64,000 bases of DNA from Ascidiella aspersa (Eukaryota). Positions 49,857 to 64,000 of this stretch are shown here, one piece after another; position 1 is the first letter of the stretch; each line of letters starts with the position of its first letter. A program made the position numbers and the translations under genes. A model generated the notes under the pieces. That model saw only the letters and a program-made list of their open reading frames with translations. It did no database searches and was not told the origin of the DNA. The DNA is taken from NCBI GenBank assembly GCA_963924565.1, contig OZ004611.1, forward strand, positions 23,498,001 to 23,562,000, written 5' to 3'.

Positions 49857-52800
49857 CAGCTCAAATTGAATATTGTCATGGTATTTAAAAAGAAAAACTA
49901 TTTGAAGCTGGAAAACGCTTAATTCGATTCAAAACCTCATTTGGCTAACATACACTATTTAAATTTATATAGAATCGGCACTGATAACATTGTCGACGGA
50001 GTGACGATACTGTTGGCAATGGACATCTATCTGATAATTTTGGAAGCTCTTTAAGATAGTAGGGTACTGAAAAAGTGTAGGTGTCAATCTGCTATATTAT
50101 TTTCATATTTTTTTCTTAGTTATATGCCCAATATTACATAAAGCAAATTGGTAGATACTTCATAAACCCGAACGGCGTTTCGGGAAAATATTTTGCAGGT
50201 ACTCTGTTTTGGTAAAAAAAAATTACTAGGCCATCCCACCAACTCCTTTGAATGTGTTTCAACAAAGTGTCAGTTAAATATTTGTGCCCGACATCGAACG
50301 ATACCCTTTCCGAAAGTTTAGAAACTTTCCGTTCCAACGTAACTTTGTGATGTCATCTCTAAAACTCTTAATTCGTTTTGTTAAAAAAAAAATCCATCAT
50401 TCTTGTAGAAAAATTATTTAATATCGACGTCCGTTTTCTGCATGTATACATGCATTTGTTCAGATATAAGAATTAAAAACTACCAAAACTGTTAAAAATT
50501 CTAAGCTATGTAAGTTCGTTTAGTGCGCGTTTACATCATCTAGTCAAGTTGCCCTCCCGCGAACTTCGATGGGATATTTTGCACCAAACAAAAGCAAACA
50601 TTTTCAACGCAAAGAAGATCTCACGGAAAATCGATTAGAGGCTGACACGGTGTTTTCGAAACAGCATAAAGTGTGCGTGTGTACTTTCCAGCGAAACCCA
50701 AGCCAGTAAATATACAGGTAAAGTTAGGAACATCTTCTCCTTTTGCCCATCCTCGTTTTTCAAGCTAATGTGTCGAGCGGTTGCTGTTTGTTGTCGCTAA
50801 ATTCATGCGGCCAAGCAAAGCTGGTGAGTAACACGCCAAGTTGATTCATCGTTTAAAGGTTGCGGTCGACTCTTGAGAGCCTTGTAGCACTTTTTGACCG
50901 ACGTATGGTGACCACTGCATACCCACACCAAAACCATGACTTTTCGACTGGCGTTTGATCCAAAAACTGGACTTTGGCCCTGGGATGAGTGACACGAAAT
51001 AAGAAACTGGTTTACTGTCAACTCAAGGCCATAGATCTCTCTAAGGTTTACTGTTACGTCCAGTATTCTCTTTGAGACAGGGTTCGCAACCGTGGTCATT
51101 GGACTCATGGGAGTCGTACAGGATATTTCATACGACTTTATTTCTGACGTTCTGTAACGTATTATTTTAAAACGTTAGCAGGGGTGGCACAAATTATTGG
51201 GAGCCTTCTTAAGGAGGGCATCACTAACATTTAGGCTGCAACTAAGCGAGCACGATTATTTTAAGGCTGAGTTGGAAGAATTCGCAGGCACCACAAACTC
51301 TGTTAATAAATAAAATTCTTATAAAATTTATAGTATAACAGCAAGTTACCACAATACAAACTGATTCACATTCGCTTATAGCTTTTCCTCGTTTTGGTGT
51401 TTTTTCAATGTTTGTACTTTTTTACTTGGAAACGCTGAATCGTGATGAGTAGGCTATACACGAGAAGTGTATTTATTAAATGGTCTAGTGATGCTTTGCG
51501 TTAAAGCGGTTGTGCACATTTAACGGAAAAACGGGTTTGTCAACTATTATCCACTTGAGTATTTAAGTGTTGCTCATATCCAAAGTTACAAAAAGACTAG
51601 GTTTTTGTCCAAATACATTCGTTGACCTTCACACGGCGTGATTTAGGGTCCACAGTTGTCAACTTTTAACTGATTGATGATGATTTCTACCATAAGACGC
51701 CTAATGCCGGGTATTTGTTCTGTAACAAAAAATAATTTTTTCGTTTTGAGTTTTTATGGGTTGTCGTAGAATAATCACCTAAAAAGTCTCTTTGGAAGAG
51801 ATCGTACAGCCTCTTTAACAAGCAAAACGAATATGAAATATTTTTTTGATGTTTTTTGGAGCTGCGAAAAAATATAGCGCAAAAATAACTTCGAATTGCA
51901 CATGCACTTTCACTGAATAACCAACATATCCGAGCAATAATTGATATCAAGTTATATTATTGGTACTCGTCCGCTACAAGGCTGGTATTGATTTCGATTT
52001 GATTAATAATGCAATTTCAGCAATAATTTTTTCACGGCAGAATTTTCTGACTTGGAAAATGTAAAATTATCAAATAATAGTAGATTAACAACTGGAGCTG
52101 GAGGTATATCATTAGCCTAAAACCAAGTGGTTTGGTGCCGACACGGGGAGTGTATAAAACCTAATCCAGTTTTTAACGCCATATTTTTACACTGCTATGT
52201 TCTTTAGGTACGAAGTACAAATCTCGAAACTTTTGCAAAACAAATCGGGAAAGTTGTTTCCATATTCTAAAGATAAAGGACGCTGAACCTTTTAAAACTG
52301 TCGGCTTTTTTTAAAGCTTGCGTGCTAAACAAGACCTAAATCATCGTGTTACCATACCGCAAAGGCAAAACACACAGCCCATCCTTTAAAACCTGATGCA
52401 CTTGTTTGAATGACAATATGTACAACTTACATTCCGATTGAATTATATATTTTCAATCTTATCGGCAAACGTCTGGAACTGCAGAGACAGTCTACCTTGG
52501 ATCCATGATTCACGAATTTTGGTTCTTACCGCAAAAAGGTTGATTCCGTATTCATGTAATGCACCTGTTAAATGGATGGGGAAAACATTTTTGATATTTT
52601 TGTCTGGCTTTGTGAATATTGCTAGAAATCGAGTTATATTTTGCTGATCTCGAACTTGCCATAAAAACCTTTTGTGTAGGGATATTATACTACTTGGTGC
52701 TTGGTACTCATCCGATACTAGAGTAAATATTATAATAGGTTAACGACTGGCTAAAGCAAATTCCGGCCTAATCTCCTTGAAGAATTTTTCTTATGTTTTA

Positions 52801-53091
52801 ATTTCTCCCATTATGCTTGTTGTTTATAGTAATGGCGTTATTTGGTGTCATATCGGATCCCGATACTTTCTCTGCAAACTATCGCGTATCAGTGTCGGAA
52901 TGAAATGCCAAGTATCGGACATCCACACTTGCGTGTACTTAGCTGTTATTACGCTTCATATTCAAAAGTCGGCCAAGTTTTAGGGACTTGCCGAGAAAAT
53001 GGAGAGCTATGGTTTCACGATGACAGCCATATATTGGCCATCGACATATCAATATGTATAACTATCGATATATCTTTGGAACACTATACAC

Positions 53092-53430
53092 CAGGGGTTC
53101 TTAAACTGGGGTCCATGGGCCCCTTGGGGGTCCGTGAACTAGTCTTAGGGGGTCCATGAAGGCCTAATTAAAGAACTAGTGTATACTTAAGTAATTAATT
53201 TTTAATTAAGAAAACACTTTAATTAAAAATTAAACGGTTTTGCACTGAATGTAGAGTTAGACTCCATTTAACTTTCACATTTTCGGACCGAAATAAACAG
53301 AGTTATGAAGTCAGTTTGTATTGTGACGTCATATTATGACGTCATTTTGGAGAATTTGTTGCCTACCGGGGTCCATGCAAAGCAAAAAAAAATTTAGGGG
53401 CCCGCGGTAAAAAAAGTTTAAAAACCCCTG
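53092..53430. mobile_element. hAT/Charlie-like MITE (ggggtcc family)
   Basis: Termini caggggttcttaaact ... agtttaaaaacccctg; TSD ctatacac/ctatatac. Confidence 0.85.
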
Positions 53431-53448
53431 CTATATACGGATCTGTTC

Positions 53449-53661
53449 ATAAGTTTAATGGTGAAAATAACGGCCTTTTATCTATCGCTTTTGCGACGCT
53501 TGTTTCGCACCTTTTTATTATTCATTTATGCGACTAAAGTAAACTGGTGTAACTGACGCCTTCATATCACTGATGATGGCATGAGCATTTGACGAAACGT
53601 TTGAACAATAAAGTATGTCGCTTTTACGTCTATTTGGGCCGTTTTTCACCATTAAACTTAT
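53449..53661. mobile_element. Inverted-repeat element enclosing a hammerhead-like motif (Penelope pLTR-like)
   Basis: ataagtttaatggtgaaaataacggcc / ggccgtttttcaccattaaacttat form the inverted repeat. Inside: tca CTGATGA tggcatgagcatttgac GAAA cgtt|tga, followed by AATAAA (53567-53612). Confidence 0.6.
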
Positions 53662-54687
53662 CGATATATCAATAGGTAAGAGTGACGCCGACTGATTTTA
53701 ATTTTTTTATTTTGAGGGTCTCGTTTGAGGATTCAAACCAGAAAACCTATGCAATCCGTAAACCAGAGGGGCGTCTAGTACCCGTTTTTGACAGCTACAA
53801 AACTTGGGTTTTAAATTACGGAGCCACAAAAGCTAATCGAATGGTTTTGAAGTAACCTAAAAAAATGATGTATCTACTTTTTTATAATACCTTTATCTTT
53901 TAAATGCCATCAAACTCTTTTAAAGTAATGTCATCAAACTCTATTGAAGTAATAAATAAGTGATTTACACATAAGCTTTTCGATAACCTATACAGTATCA
54001 CAAACAGTGTTATATATTACCGATACATTGTGCCTGTATGGCGGATAACTTTACCAAGTACTCCGTCGACTTCCAAGTTGTTTTTCCTCTTCGAATGTAT
54101 TGGAAGTGCGAATTACAATTAACTCCGCGCATTAGCGAAACAGACTTCCCGGAAACACAATTAGGCGAAGCTCCCAGGCAATGTTGACTCGAATTTTGCA
54201 CACGTCCGCTTTCGCTCAATGCATTCTATTTATGGAAGCTTCTGGTAGCAGACGATCAGATTCTTAACGCGCACGAAACCGCGAAAAGCTAAATCAAGGT
54301 GGTTATCACTTGCTATACTGCCATCCTTCGTGCCACTAAATGCAGCCTAAACTATAAAAATGTGATTTTTCAGGTCAAACATTGTTAAGAAAGACACAGA
54401 TATCAATTTTTGAACAGGTGTTTTTAACCTTTTCTTGTTCCACTTGATACTACCTGATGTCACATGGTTTAAAAACATGTTTTGTTAGGCTTACTTGATC
54501 AGCCAAGCACACAAATAAATCAGAAAAAATCGCACAAAGCGCCAAGTACAAAGAAAAAATTTAACAACACTATTGGATACAGTTTTGACAATTAAAAAAA
54601 CAAGCTTATTTTGTTAAACCACCGTGACCCTCATCGTAATTTATGTCCATCGCAGGTAGAAAACTACCTGTTTGGTAACAAGTCTAT

Positions 54688-54910
54688 CAGTGTTGTACAA
54701 ACAAATCAGTTGGAAATGACTTAAGTCCCGGTCAAGTCATTTGTAAAATAATTCAAATCCAAGTTAAGTCGGTTTGAATAACTAACAAGTCAATCCCCAG
54801 TCCAAGACATCAGTTGCAAGTCATTTGACCCCAAAGACTTAAGTCAAGTCAAGTAATTTTAAAACAGTAACTCAAGTGCCTTATTTGTTCAAGTCATAAA
54901 CTGAAGTCAT
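54688..54910. mobile_element. Internally deleted aagtcaagtc MITE
   Basis: Begins cagtgttgtacaaacaaa and aligns to 30185 onward. Confidence 0.75.
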
Positions 54911-57900
54911 ACTGGGGCTATACGCCCTACTGATGCTTATCGTTGTTAAATACCCCTACGAAGCCGCAGTAACCACTACAACAAATTCAACTGCGGTACA
55001 CAACAACTGTATGGCTAGTTACACGCGGTGGTGAAACACTTGCTTATGGTGAATCACCTCCCTGTCTTTTCCGTTATGTGCGTCTGCCGTCTTTTTTGCG
55101 AACTGGCTTGACCCGACGTGACCTTTCCGAAGTGCTAGCTCACCGTTACACAACACAAAACTGGTTTGGGTCGAACCGGTTAACAGGCCAAGATAATGTC
55201 AGGCGCAAATCGTTTTCACACTTCGAGGCTTAAGAAAAAACAGGAACCAATATAACAACACAACCCAAGAGCGTTGGTTTTTTCAGGTGTTTTTTACTTA
55301 TTGAGCAATTTTAACGAAAATGGTCGCATTATTTTATCAATTTGTTTAACCTTTCCTGCACAAAGTTTACTGCATGAATTAAAATCACATTTAAAACAAC
55401 AGACGTTCCAATAAAAAAGTGCTTAAGTTACGAAAATTACTTTCGATTTTTCCCCATTTTTAAATGAAATACCAATCGGGAAGTTTATTTAAGTCAAAAA
55501 ACAAATTAATTGCTTGCAACGAAAGCTTTTAAAAACCGGTAAGCAGTTAGCCACACGAGTTTAGCTGGAAATGGGCTAGCGTGTCTTGCAAAAACGAAGG
55601 GAAATAGACCAAATCTGACTTTTTATGTCAATAATGCAAGTCCCGTTGCGCGGCAGTCACTCTTCAATCCAAACCTTATATAGCGTCCAAAAATAGATTG
55701 TGAAAAACAAGGGTGAATCATTATGGAAAGTGGTACTTAGCAGGGTACATCTGCATCCAATGTTTAATTGCTAGAAATCGCCGTCTGCGAAAAGTCGTTG
55801 TAAAATTGCTGCCTATGTAAGCATACCTTGAAAGCCTCGGCCGTATTGAGATAAATAGAAATAAGGCCTCTGAAACGGAACGCAAAGAGTTAAGCAAACA
55901 AAAAATGTGAAGCAGCAATTAGAGAAAACCTTATTTTCTTAAAAATTACTGTAAAAGTGCTAACGTTCAATTTACCAGCATCAAAAAATCGACTAAAATT
56001 GGCTGCAATGGTGAGGCTACAGAAAATACAAAATAGAAAACCGAATTGTACTGTATTGTACTGCAGTGAGTAATTTCCATGCCGTGTGCTGGCCAAGCAT
56101 TGAATGTAGGCCTAGTATTTGCAGATTTAAAGCTCTTTGCAATAAAGCTTTGCTTTTGTAAAAACTTTTTAAAAGGCATGTTGCTTTTTCATGAACATTC
56201 GAAGTAAAAAGGTAATGCTGTTAGTTATATACGCACATTCGCATATAATTAAACTGTATGCCGCTTTAATTCGAAATAACTTAACAAAACTGAATTTTAT
56301 TAAAGCTTTTTCAGATTTTTTTAACCTGAGTGATTGTTTTTGGACCTGTATTTGTTCTGCGGGATGAACCCTTTTTTGTAACCTAACACTATAACAAGCA
56401 GCTTAAGGTGTATCGTAAAATGTTACCATGGTACAACAAACAACTTTACAACAATTCATCGTCTAACAATATTCGTTAAATGAGCGGTGGCCGATAAGCG
56501 TAATAAAAATTTAGTAAAAACATTAGCGCGGTTTTTGCAAACATGATCTCGTTATAAAAAGACGAACCAACCGTACAGTTGGTTTTAAAATTTATTATCG
56601 ACAGTGATTCCAAAACAAATCTAAAAGCGGTTGCGTGGGTGGTTTAAAAAAATACGTATATGGCACGTGATCGACATAAACTTAGTTGCTGATTCACTTA
56701 GTCTCAAATGAACACAATCCTTTGGCCGATAAAGTCGCTTTCTGAAATGAAATGAACGAAGATATAAAGGGGCTTTTCGGCAGCGGATACACGACGGCCG
56801 CATACAAACTGAAATAGAAGCCAAAAGCATTTAACTCGATCGAAATAGAATAAGACACTAAAAAAAAGCCAAAGACAATCAAAATAGAAACGCCGCATCG
56901 AAAAATTGCAACGAAAAAAATTTTACTTATGTAAAATGGCGTTAACCGCAACTGTAAAACTGGTTTGGCAAAGTGCAAACCTCAAAAAGTTACACGCGCT
57001 TTCTCCTTTGCACGTAAGGACACCGCTAGGGAAAAAGCAGCAAGACAGCTCTTAATTTTGGCCATTTTTAATGGCCAGTCGTCGACTTTCCCACTTTAAA
57101 CCTAATTTTGAGCCGTAGATTTTCTAAAAGTTTTCGGTATTAAAAATATCTTCCTTTTTCAATGATCGACAAGCCTTGAACAAACAATTTTTGCCCTCAT
57201 GTCCTTGCCGGGAAGTTATTTTTCCGGCCGGCCGATTTTTAGAGCCGACCCCGCTTTAGAAGTGCGATTGTTATAGAGCTGTGTAGGTTCTATCGTCCAA
57301 CGTCAAGCTTACGGCGCTATTTTTGCAACGTTCGAACGAGAAACGAGCCTGGTGGCACGCATAGCCGCCGGCTAATCAGGTTCTAAGTCCTATAACACGC
57401 GGCGCTGCTCGGCCCTTGCTCGTAATTGTTCTCGTCTTTCCGGACGTTCGCCGCAGTAACTGGCGAAGGTGCGATTTGCGCCCTTTGGCGTGTTAACTAG
57501 AACTTGGCCGTAGTCGAGGAAATTTCTTCTTGAGCATCTTAGTCCTTAAGTCTGTGATGAGGAGAGATTGAACTTGGTAGGAGTTGTGGCATTGAGCAGA
57601 TAAAAGGACAAAGCTTTTTATTGGTAGAGGTTGAATTTTCACGCATTCAACTTTAATATTTTTGATAGATGTCAAACGGATTTACAAAAAAGTAAAATTG
57701 ATCAGCTCTTAAGCCAGTTAATAGTGGTCAGAAAATGCTAATTCTTAGCGTAAATGGCTTTAAAACTTGTGATGGCAATTGTTTGAAGTTTTCTCAGTAC
57801 AGTAATTAATCGTTTATCTGCGTTAGGTTAAGTTTGGCATAAAAAATGAGGGCTGGAATGTTCAAAATACACTTTAAATTGTCAAAATTCTCTTTTTTTT

Positions 57901-60900
57901 GCAAATAATCTAAAAATAGCGATCAAATTTGTTTAAAAACATCTCCGAGCCGTAAAGGCGAGAATGTACCTCGAACCTTGGTGTAAGGCTAACGTTGCCC
58001 AACTTACTACCAAATGCTTAAAATTCGAAAAAAGTCTAAAAGGTAATCGGGATTGCACTTCATAGTAGCAGCGAAGCGTATACATTCAAAAAGGGCCACA
58101 CGCGGGCCGTTTGGGGAAAGCTTGACATTCGCGCCGAAGGTACCGGTCCACGTCGAGCACGGCAATACACAACCTTTACGAGGAAGCAACGTGTGTAATT
58201 AGGTGGGCTGGTTCCCCGCTCTAACCTTACGGGCGGCCTGGGAAGATTGCCACGCCCGCAAACAGATTTCAACTCCTTGGAGATTTTGCGCGGTCATTTT
58301 TGGCGAGGAACGGTACCTGAAAATTGGAACTTCCGATACTTGACATTTTGTTTTGATACCGATACCCGATATTTTCGACAAAAAGTAGCCCCATCTGATT
58401 TTCGTATCCGTATTACATTATTACTCTGGTTGAATATGCAAAATAAATAAACCGAAAAGTTCGAAGATGTTTTTTTCAACATTCTAAACAAAAATGTGCT
58501 TTAGCGTTAAGACGTTTAGGTACTCTTGATTATAAATTTTATACCAAAAAATATTAAAAAAATTTTTTTCAAGATATATGTCGCTGTTTTAAATTTCGTA
58601 AATTTGGTATCGAATCAGCACCGGTTGTAACACTTGTGATAGGGTTTCGACTCCGATCCGGTATTATCGGAAAAAACTACCGGAAATTATCTTTCTACCC
58701 TTTTGGCGCTTTAGAATGGTTTAAATATATATTGATTCGTTATCAATACGGTTATTAACAGTTACCGAACAATTTACGTTTTTTTCTATATAACATATAA
58801 TATTTCGGACTGGCCAAGCATTTTTATTATGCAAAATTCTCTTATATAACAATGTTGTGGTAAAAAGGCATTTTTTCAGGCCAGCCAAACTAATAACAAT
58901 TACCCGGTTTGTCCACTTTGCTGCGAACTGTAATCAAACCGAAAAGATCAAAACATTTCCAATTTGTAATTGTTAAACTATAAGGCAGAAGAAAAACACA
59001 CCAGTAAATCGTCTTGCGCACGCAAAAAGTCCCGCAATTAATCTCCTTCCTTTTTTGTTATGTCATCGCTTTTCTTCCTCAATTTTGTCAGTCGTTTGAC
59101 AGCGATCATGTGCGTACATTATTATTTTTTCTCTAGGCCGAAAACCGTTTTAACGCTCGAATTTTAATTGAAATTTTTTGGGTATTCCAAATGCGCGCTG
59201 TTGTGATTCAATTTGCTTGTTTTGAGAGAAAAAAAGGAGAATTAATTTAAAGGCAGACTTTCGAGCTATCGGAACGACGCATAAGTGTATTATCATTTAA
59301 GGTCGTGTTTTTCCAGAAGCAAAGGCGAATTGTAGTTTATTTATTTTCACACCTGCCTGGCAGAAGTTAACTATTAAAATGTTCAGTATAAAGGCATTAC
59401 ATTTCAGTTTAAAAATGTAAAAAGGTAGAGTTTATCGCCTAGACTTAATGATGCCATAATGTTTGTTTGACATTTGAGCAAAGTTGATGATCAATATTTA
59501 ACGAAAGTATACAGCGATATAGCAACCGGCAAAACATGGGTTGTAACGTTCTTGGTGTAGAAGTTTTTAGGTCGACTAGCAAAATTAGGTCAGATTGATT
59601 TTGACGTCACCGGATATATGCACGTACCATTTTAAAGACAGGATACGTCCGCTAGAATCTCAGCATTAGGCTGTATGCACGTGTTTACGTTTAAAAACAC
59701 GGCATTGTGAACTCATAAACGGTTGCCGATTTAGCCACTTACAGAAAAACGAACGGCGTTACGGTACAACTTAGCCTTTTAAAATTTTAAAAGCGTTCGC
59801 ATTTTTAAACCACCTATATTTGTGTGTGTTGGATCCTTACAAACGCACGTAAAATCTGTCGCAGTAGTAATGGCAAGAAACTTTTTTTCGGAAACCAGTT
59901 GTATTAGTAGTACAAGGTTGTGTTTGGGTGCGTATAGTAATCAACTATTCGGTATAGTGAAATGGCTTTATCAAGGTTGTGCAGTGTACCCTTTGCATTG
60001 TGACTTATATCTGTAAATGCAGCGTAAACAGAATAGAGTTGCACGAGCCAACGTTTAAAAACTGTAACTTCATACTAAAAATGCAGACAAGCCTTATAGT
60101 TTAAATCTCACTGAAGCACTTTTTGATGAGTCTCTAGTCTAAGTAAATCATAAGTTCAGTGTTATAAAATTTACGTTTATATCTTTACAAGACGAAAAGT
60201 TCAAGTGTGCGGATTTAAATAGTAGGTACTTTATTAGCAAGGCACGTTAGGTGCAAACAAGGCGTTCAAATTTAAGTTCAATAGTTCATAAACTCTATAA
60301 AAGTTGATTAGAACGCTCGTTTGTGTAAAGGAAAAAAAAACTTACCGTTGGAGTAAGGAAAGCAAAGTACCGAAAGGGTTTGATTTAATGCAAGAGTGCA
60401 AAGTGAAAGTATATTGATGGTAAATTGCGCAATCCCTGCATTAAAAGCAAAAGTATAGGCGTGAGCAAACTATTTCGATATTTCACGTGCCTGGAAAATT
60501 ATTGGCCCTAAAAGTCGGGAAAAACATTTTGCGACTTCTCAGTAACCCAAATTCTGACGTCACCAAACTACGGTCGTGGGCTCGAGGCCTTTTGGGGACA
60601 CGCGTCAGTTTGGGGTTTGGCCAAATATAGGCCCACGTTTGGGGTGGGTTTTTGCTCCAACGGCCTTTTTGCCTATCACGTTACTACGAATGTAACTTAT
60701 TTTGGTTGCGTTGATTCGCTGAAATCGATTTTAACTTAGCAAGAATATCAAATCCCATACAGAAGTAGGATCATTTTGCACGCTTCGAATAACTCTTTAT
60801 CTATTTTCAACATCTACCTCCAACCAATATGCTTTAAAAGCTTTTAACTTGTTAGAGTTGTTTAAAAACGGTTTGACGAACAAAGACTGTAGATAAACAA

Positions 60901-62069
60901 AGTTTGTTAGGACTAAAAGTGCGATGTTGTCATAAACAATTTTAACGAATATGCTAATTTTCTGGCTAAATTATTTAGCTTTCGAACTTTGTTGTACGCT
61001 AATGGATGCCTAAATGTGTTTAGCGTACTCTTATAATCAGCTTAACTGACTAATCTGATGAAAATTGGCCTAAAACCCATGTAAAGCAAACTAATTTCAA
61101 GACCAGAAACATTCATGCAAATCAGTAACACCATAACAAAGCGACTAACCAGTAGCGTCGTGAATATTCGAAAACAAAACGCCCCCGAAAGGAGCAAATA
61201 ACAATGCCGTGTTTACGCGCAGAGGTGTTTTTCGCGCCGCATTGTTTGTCCCAAACTGGTGGAGAAGTTCGGTTTTAAGTGCCCCGCTCTCCGTTTACCA
61301 ACCCAAGAGATGCTTTAAGAGCCGTCGCTTAAGATGGCCATCAACAATTAGGCAATTACGAGCGGGCCAGGCCTGCCCTTCACCGTAATTACCGCAGTAT
61401 GCCGTGGTCGCCTGTGCGATCCAGAGTGACTTTCAAACGGCGACCCGCCTTTTGTTCGAGCAGATGCGAATTGCTCATTGCGACTTGTCTGAAACGATTA
61501 CGGCGTCGGTCGTGTCGAGGAGATGGCAGGCATTTAACAAGATTGCCGTCTCCCGTTTAACAAATATGTCAGTTGAGGCAAAAAACAAGGATTCTTTGAG
61601 CTTTGTTATAGGTTACAATCCGCTCTAAATTTATGTTTTTGCTTCTCCAAGAAAAAAATTTGAATCCTGCATGTGGCAATTAATTTATCAAATAAAAGGC
61701 TTTTTTTAAATCTTTCCATATTATTTAAAAATTTATCAAAAAAACAATTACCGTTAAAATAGTATATTTGATCAATGTTGTCTGATGCGGACTTTTTGCT
61801 AAACATAGAGTCGGAAGCTAAGTAGGAACAGCGCTCAGGAAAGAAAATGAAACATTTTGTAGCTCGTGATGTCATGCTGTAAGTGTGCGTCCAGTGACGT
61901 CAATTTTTCTGTGGTGACGTCATATTTAGACGTTGTAGGGCAAAGGGCGTCAGTAAGTGAGGTTGTTTCTTACGAAACGCGTTTACATTTTCGGTGGAAA
62001 ACAAGTCTTGACCCCTTTGTTGTTTTGCAGAACGGTAGGAATATTAGACACGCGCAGCACAACAGCACA

Positions 62070-63848
62070 ATGTCGTCGTTTCACTGCTGTTTCTTTGTCG
62101 CCGCACTCTTAACGACGCTCTCCTCTATTGCCGGCGCGGGCGGGGCGATGAACGTGGACCCTCTCTTAATTTTACTCCACAATTTGAACGCACCAGCGAG
62201 TCCCGGGAGCGGCTCTAGTCAGCAAAGCGACGGCGGCCCTGAAGGAGGAGCCGCAGGCAACAGCAACACTACTGGTTCCGCGGTGAGTTTGCCGTTGATT
62301 GCTTTTCGCTTTCCCGCATTTCAACATCGGTACAGTGTATGCTGGTTTCATATAGAAGTATAGGCCTAAACCCTTTAGTGTATGTCCTTATGGGAATTAA
62401 GTACATCGGGGGAGTCTGCAAATAAGCAAAACCGCCGAAGTTTGTGGCAAGAGCGAGTTTATACGAGCTCGTGTTTTTGTAAGCGATATAAAAAAAATCG
62501 CTAATTTAAACATAATAAATAAAGGGGCCTTTTGCAGTAGAAATAACAGCCACATAAAAAGGACATTTACAGCTAATTTTGTGTTTTACTTTTATTTGAA
62601 ACGCAATAGAAAATGTAAATAGAAAAACACTTTTTGAAACCATGTTAAATTTAGGTTTGGACTTATAAGCGCCTAAACCGTGTCAAATTGTAATGGTCAG
62701 TCTAAGTTAAATTTTGAAATCATTTTGTAAATATATCAGACAAAACTTAACAAAAATAACTTTTTTTCGTAACAAAATGTTACTAAAGGCAACAGCTTTC
62801 TCAGTAAAATTTGATGGCAAATCGAAAAAAATATCGTAGCCGGTATCAGAAGCGGCTTCGACGTTGTTTCTTTGGATCTATAGCGTGTAGTCGTTGTGTG
62901 TTACACCAGGCTACGACAACCCTTGCGTTTTGTATGGAAACCGTCACGTGGAGGTATTGCTTTAAACAAACTCTGCCAGAAATGACCTATCGAAAGTATT
63001 TTGGCACGATTTCAACATTAAACATGCCCTACAAACCAGGCGAGCTTTTTTCCGGCCGTACCTAATTGTTGAACGAACTTATTTTACGCCAAACCGAAAA
63101 TCGACTTGAAACTTTTTTGTTGCATAAACTATGCAATATTAAGTTCACAAAAGGACAATTCCCCCAAAATTTTAGAGGATGTCCTAATGAGATTGACCAA
63201 AATAATTTGTTTACGGCCAGATTTAATCGAGTTCAATTATTGCGCCATCGCATTGCAGCTCCGATTTTTTAGCGACGTTTGCCTGTCACGCATTAAGTCA
63301 ACAACAGTTGCCCTTCAATAAAAAAACATTAACACTCGCTGCATCTCCACGTCGTAAAAACAACGCCCGATGTTTCGACTCGGGTTTGGACAGAAATGAC
63401 CGATCGATTAATGCCTGACAGTTGCTGGCACGCACTCGCGGCCATATATGATGTTTGCTGACGCAATTTCCCGTAATAATTTATGTTTTAGGCTCGCTGC
63501 GTAAAACGTTAAATCTAACCTTACAGGGGCTTGTAAGACTATCGTTTCGTTCCATTTATTCCGATATTTGGTCATTAAACCAAATTAAAAAACAGCCATA
63601 TGTCATACGTTAGGTAAACCATCGTAACATGATAATGTGTTGGTTAGGTTATTTTTTTCGCTGCTTTTCATGCCATTACCAACTTTAAGGTATCAAATAA
63701 ACAGCAATGTCTGTTTTTCCATCAGAATTTAGTTTTTGAGAATGTTTTTCGCCAGTTATCAAACGATTTACTGATTTGTTGTTCCAGGTTGATGGCAGGC
63801 ACTTCGGACTTGGAGGAGGCAATGCGGAGGACATTTTCAATGAGTTGT
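62070..63848 (+). CDS. 5' part (first two coding exons) of an unidentified signal-peptide protein that continues beyond the window
   Basis: Exon 62070-62282 (MSSFHCCFFVAALLTTLSSIAGAGGAMNVDPLLILLHNLNAPASPGSGSSQQSDGGPEGGAAGNSNTTGSA, donor gtgagt) is preceded by the acceptor tgttttgcag at 62030. Exon 63788-63848 (VDGRHFGLGGGNAEDIFNEL, donor gtaagt) is in phase. Family not recognised. Confidence 0.7.
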
Positions 63849-64000
63849 GTAAGTTTATAAAAACCTTTTTTTTTCTGTGTGGTGCTGTTTTACGGACTGT
63901 TTAACTGGTCCATTGGGTCTTGGTACAAAGGCCAACTCGCGTAAAGTTGAAAACGAAGAGAGGAATATTTTTTCGTGCATCTAATTTGTATTAATATTTC

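Noticed and set aside
50803-51108. 101-aa minus-strand ORF
   Set aside because: No recognisable motifs or exon context; possibly a decayed retroelement end.

Overview
AT-rich, intron-containing animal genomic DNA, most likely an ascidian (tunicate). That assignment is an inference from intron sizes, a single FMR1/FXR gene, mosaic CpG depletion, dense hAT-type MITEs and vanabin-like genes. All exons were spliced by hand with GT-AG boundaries and reading phase checked. From left to right: a CXorf58 homolog (minus, 7 coding exons, 413 aa); an FMR1/FXR homolog (minus, 15 exons, 655 aa); an intronless PRRC1 ORF (minus) whose stop is only ~880 bp upstream of the FMR1 ATG; NKAP (plus, 9 exons, 356 aa), head-to-head with PRRC1; two tandem paralogous 4-exon genes for small secreted Cys-rich proteins that both end in EHHR; an ~18 kb gene-free stretch; and the first two coding exons of an unidentified signal-peptide protein. 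The most notable observations are: (1) the Cys-rich pair, whose Cys spacing resembles half of the vanabin scaffold and which share TATA+Inr promoters and a near-identical stem-loop just after the stop codon; (2) dispersed minimal hammerhead-ribozyme motifs of the Penelope/retrozyme type; (3) a possible operon or shared-first-exon arrangement of PRRC1, FMR1 and CXorf58. No searches or folding computations were run.
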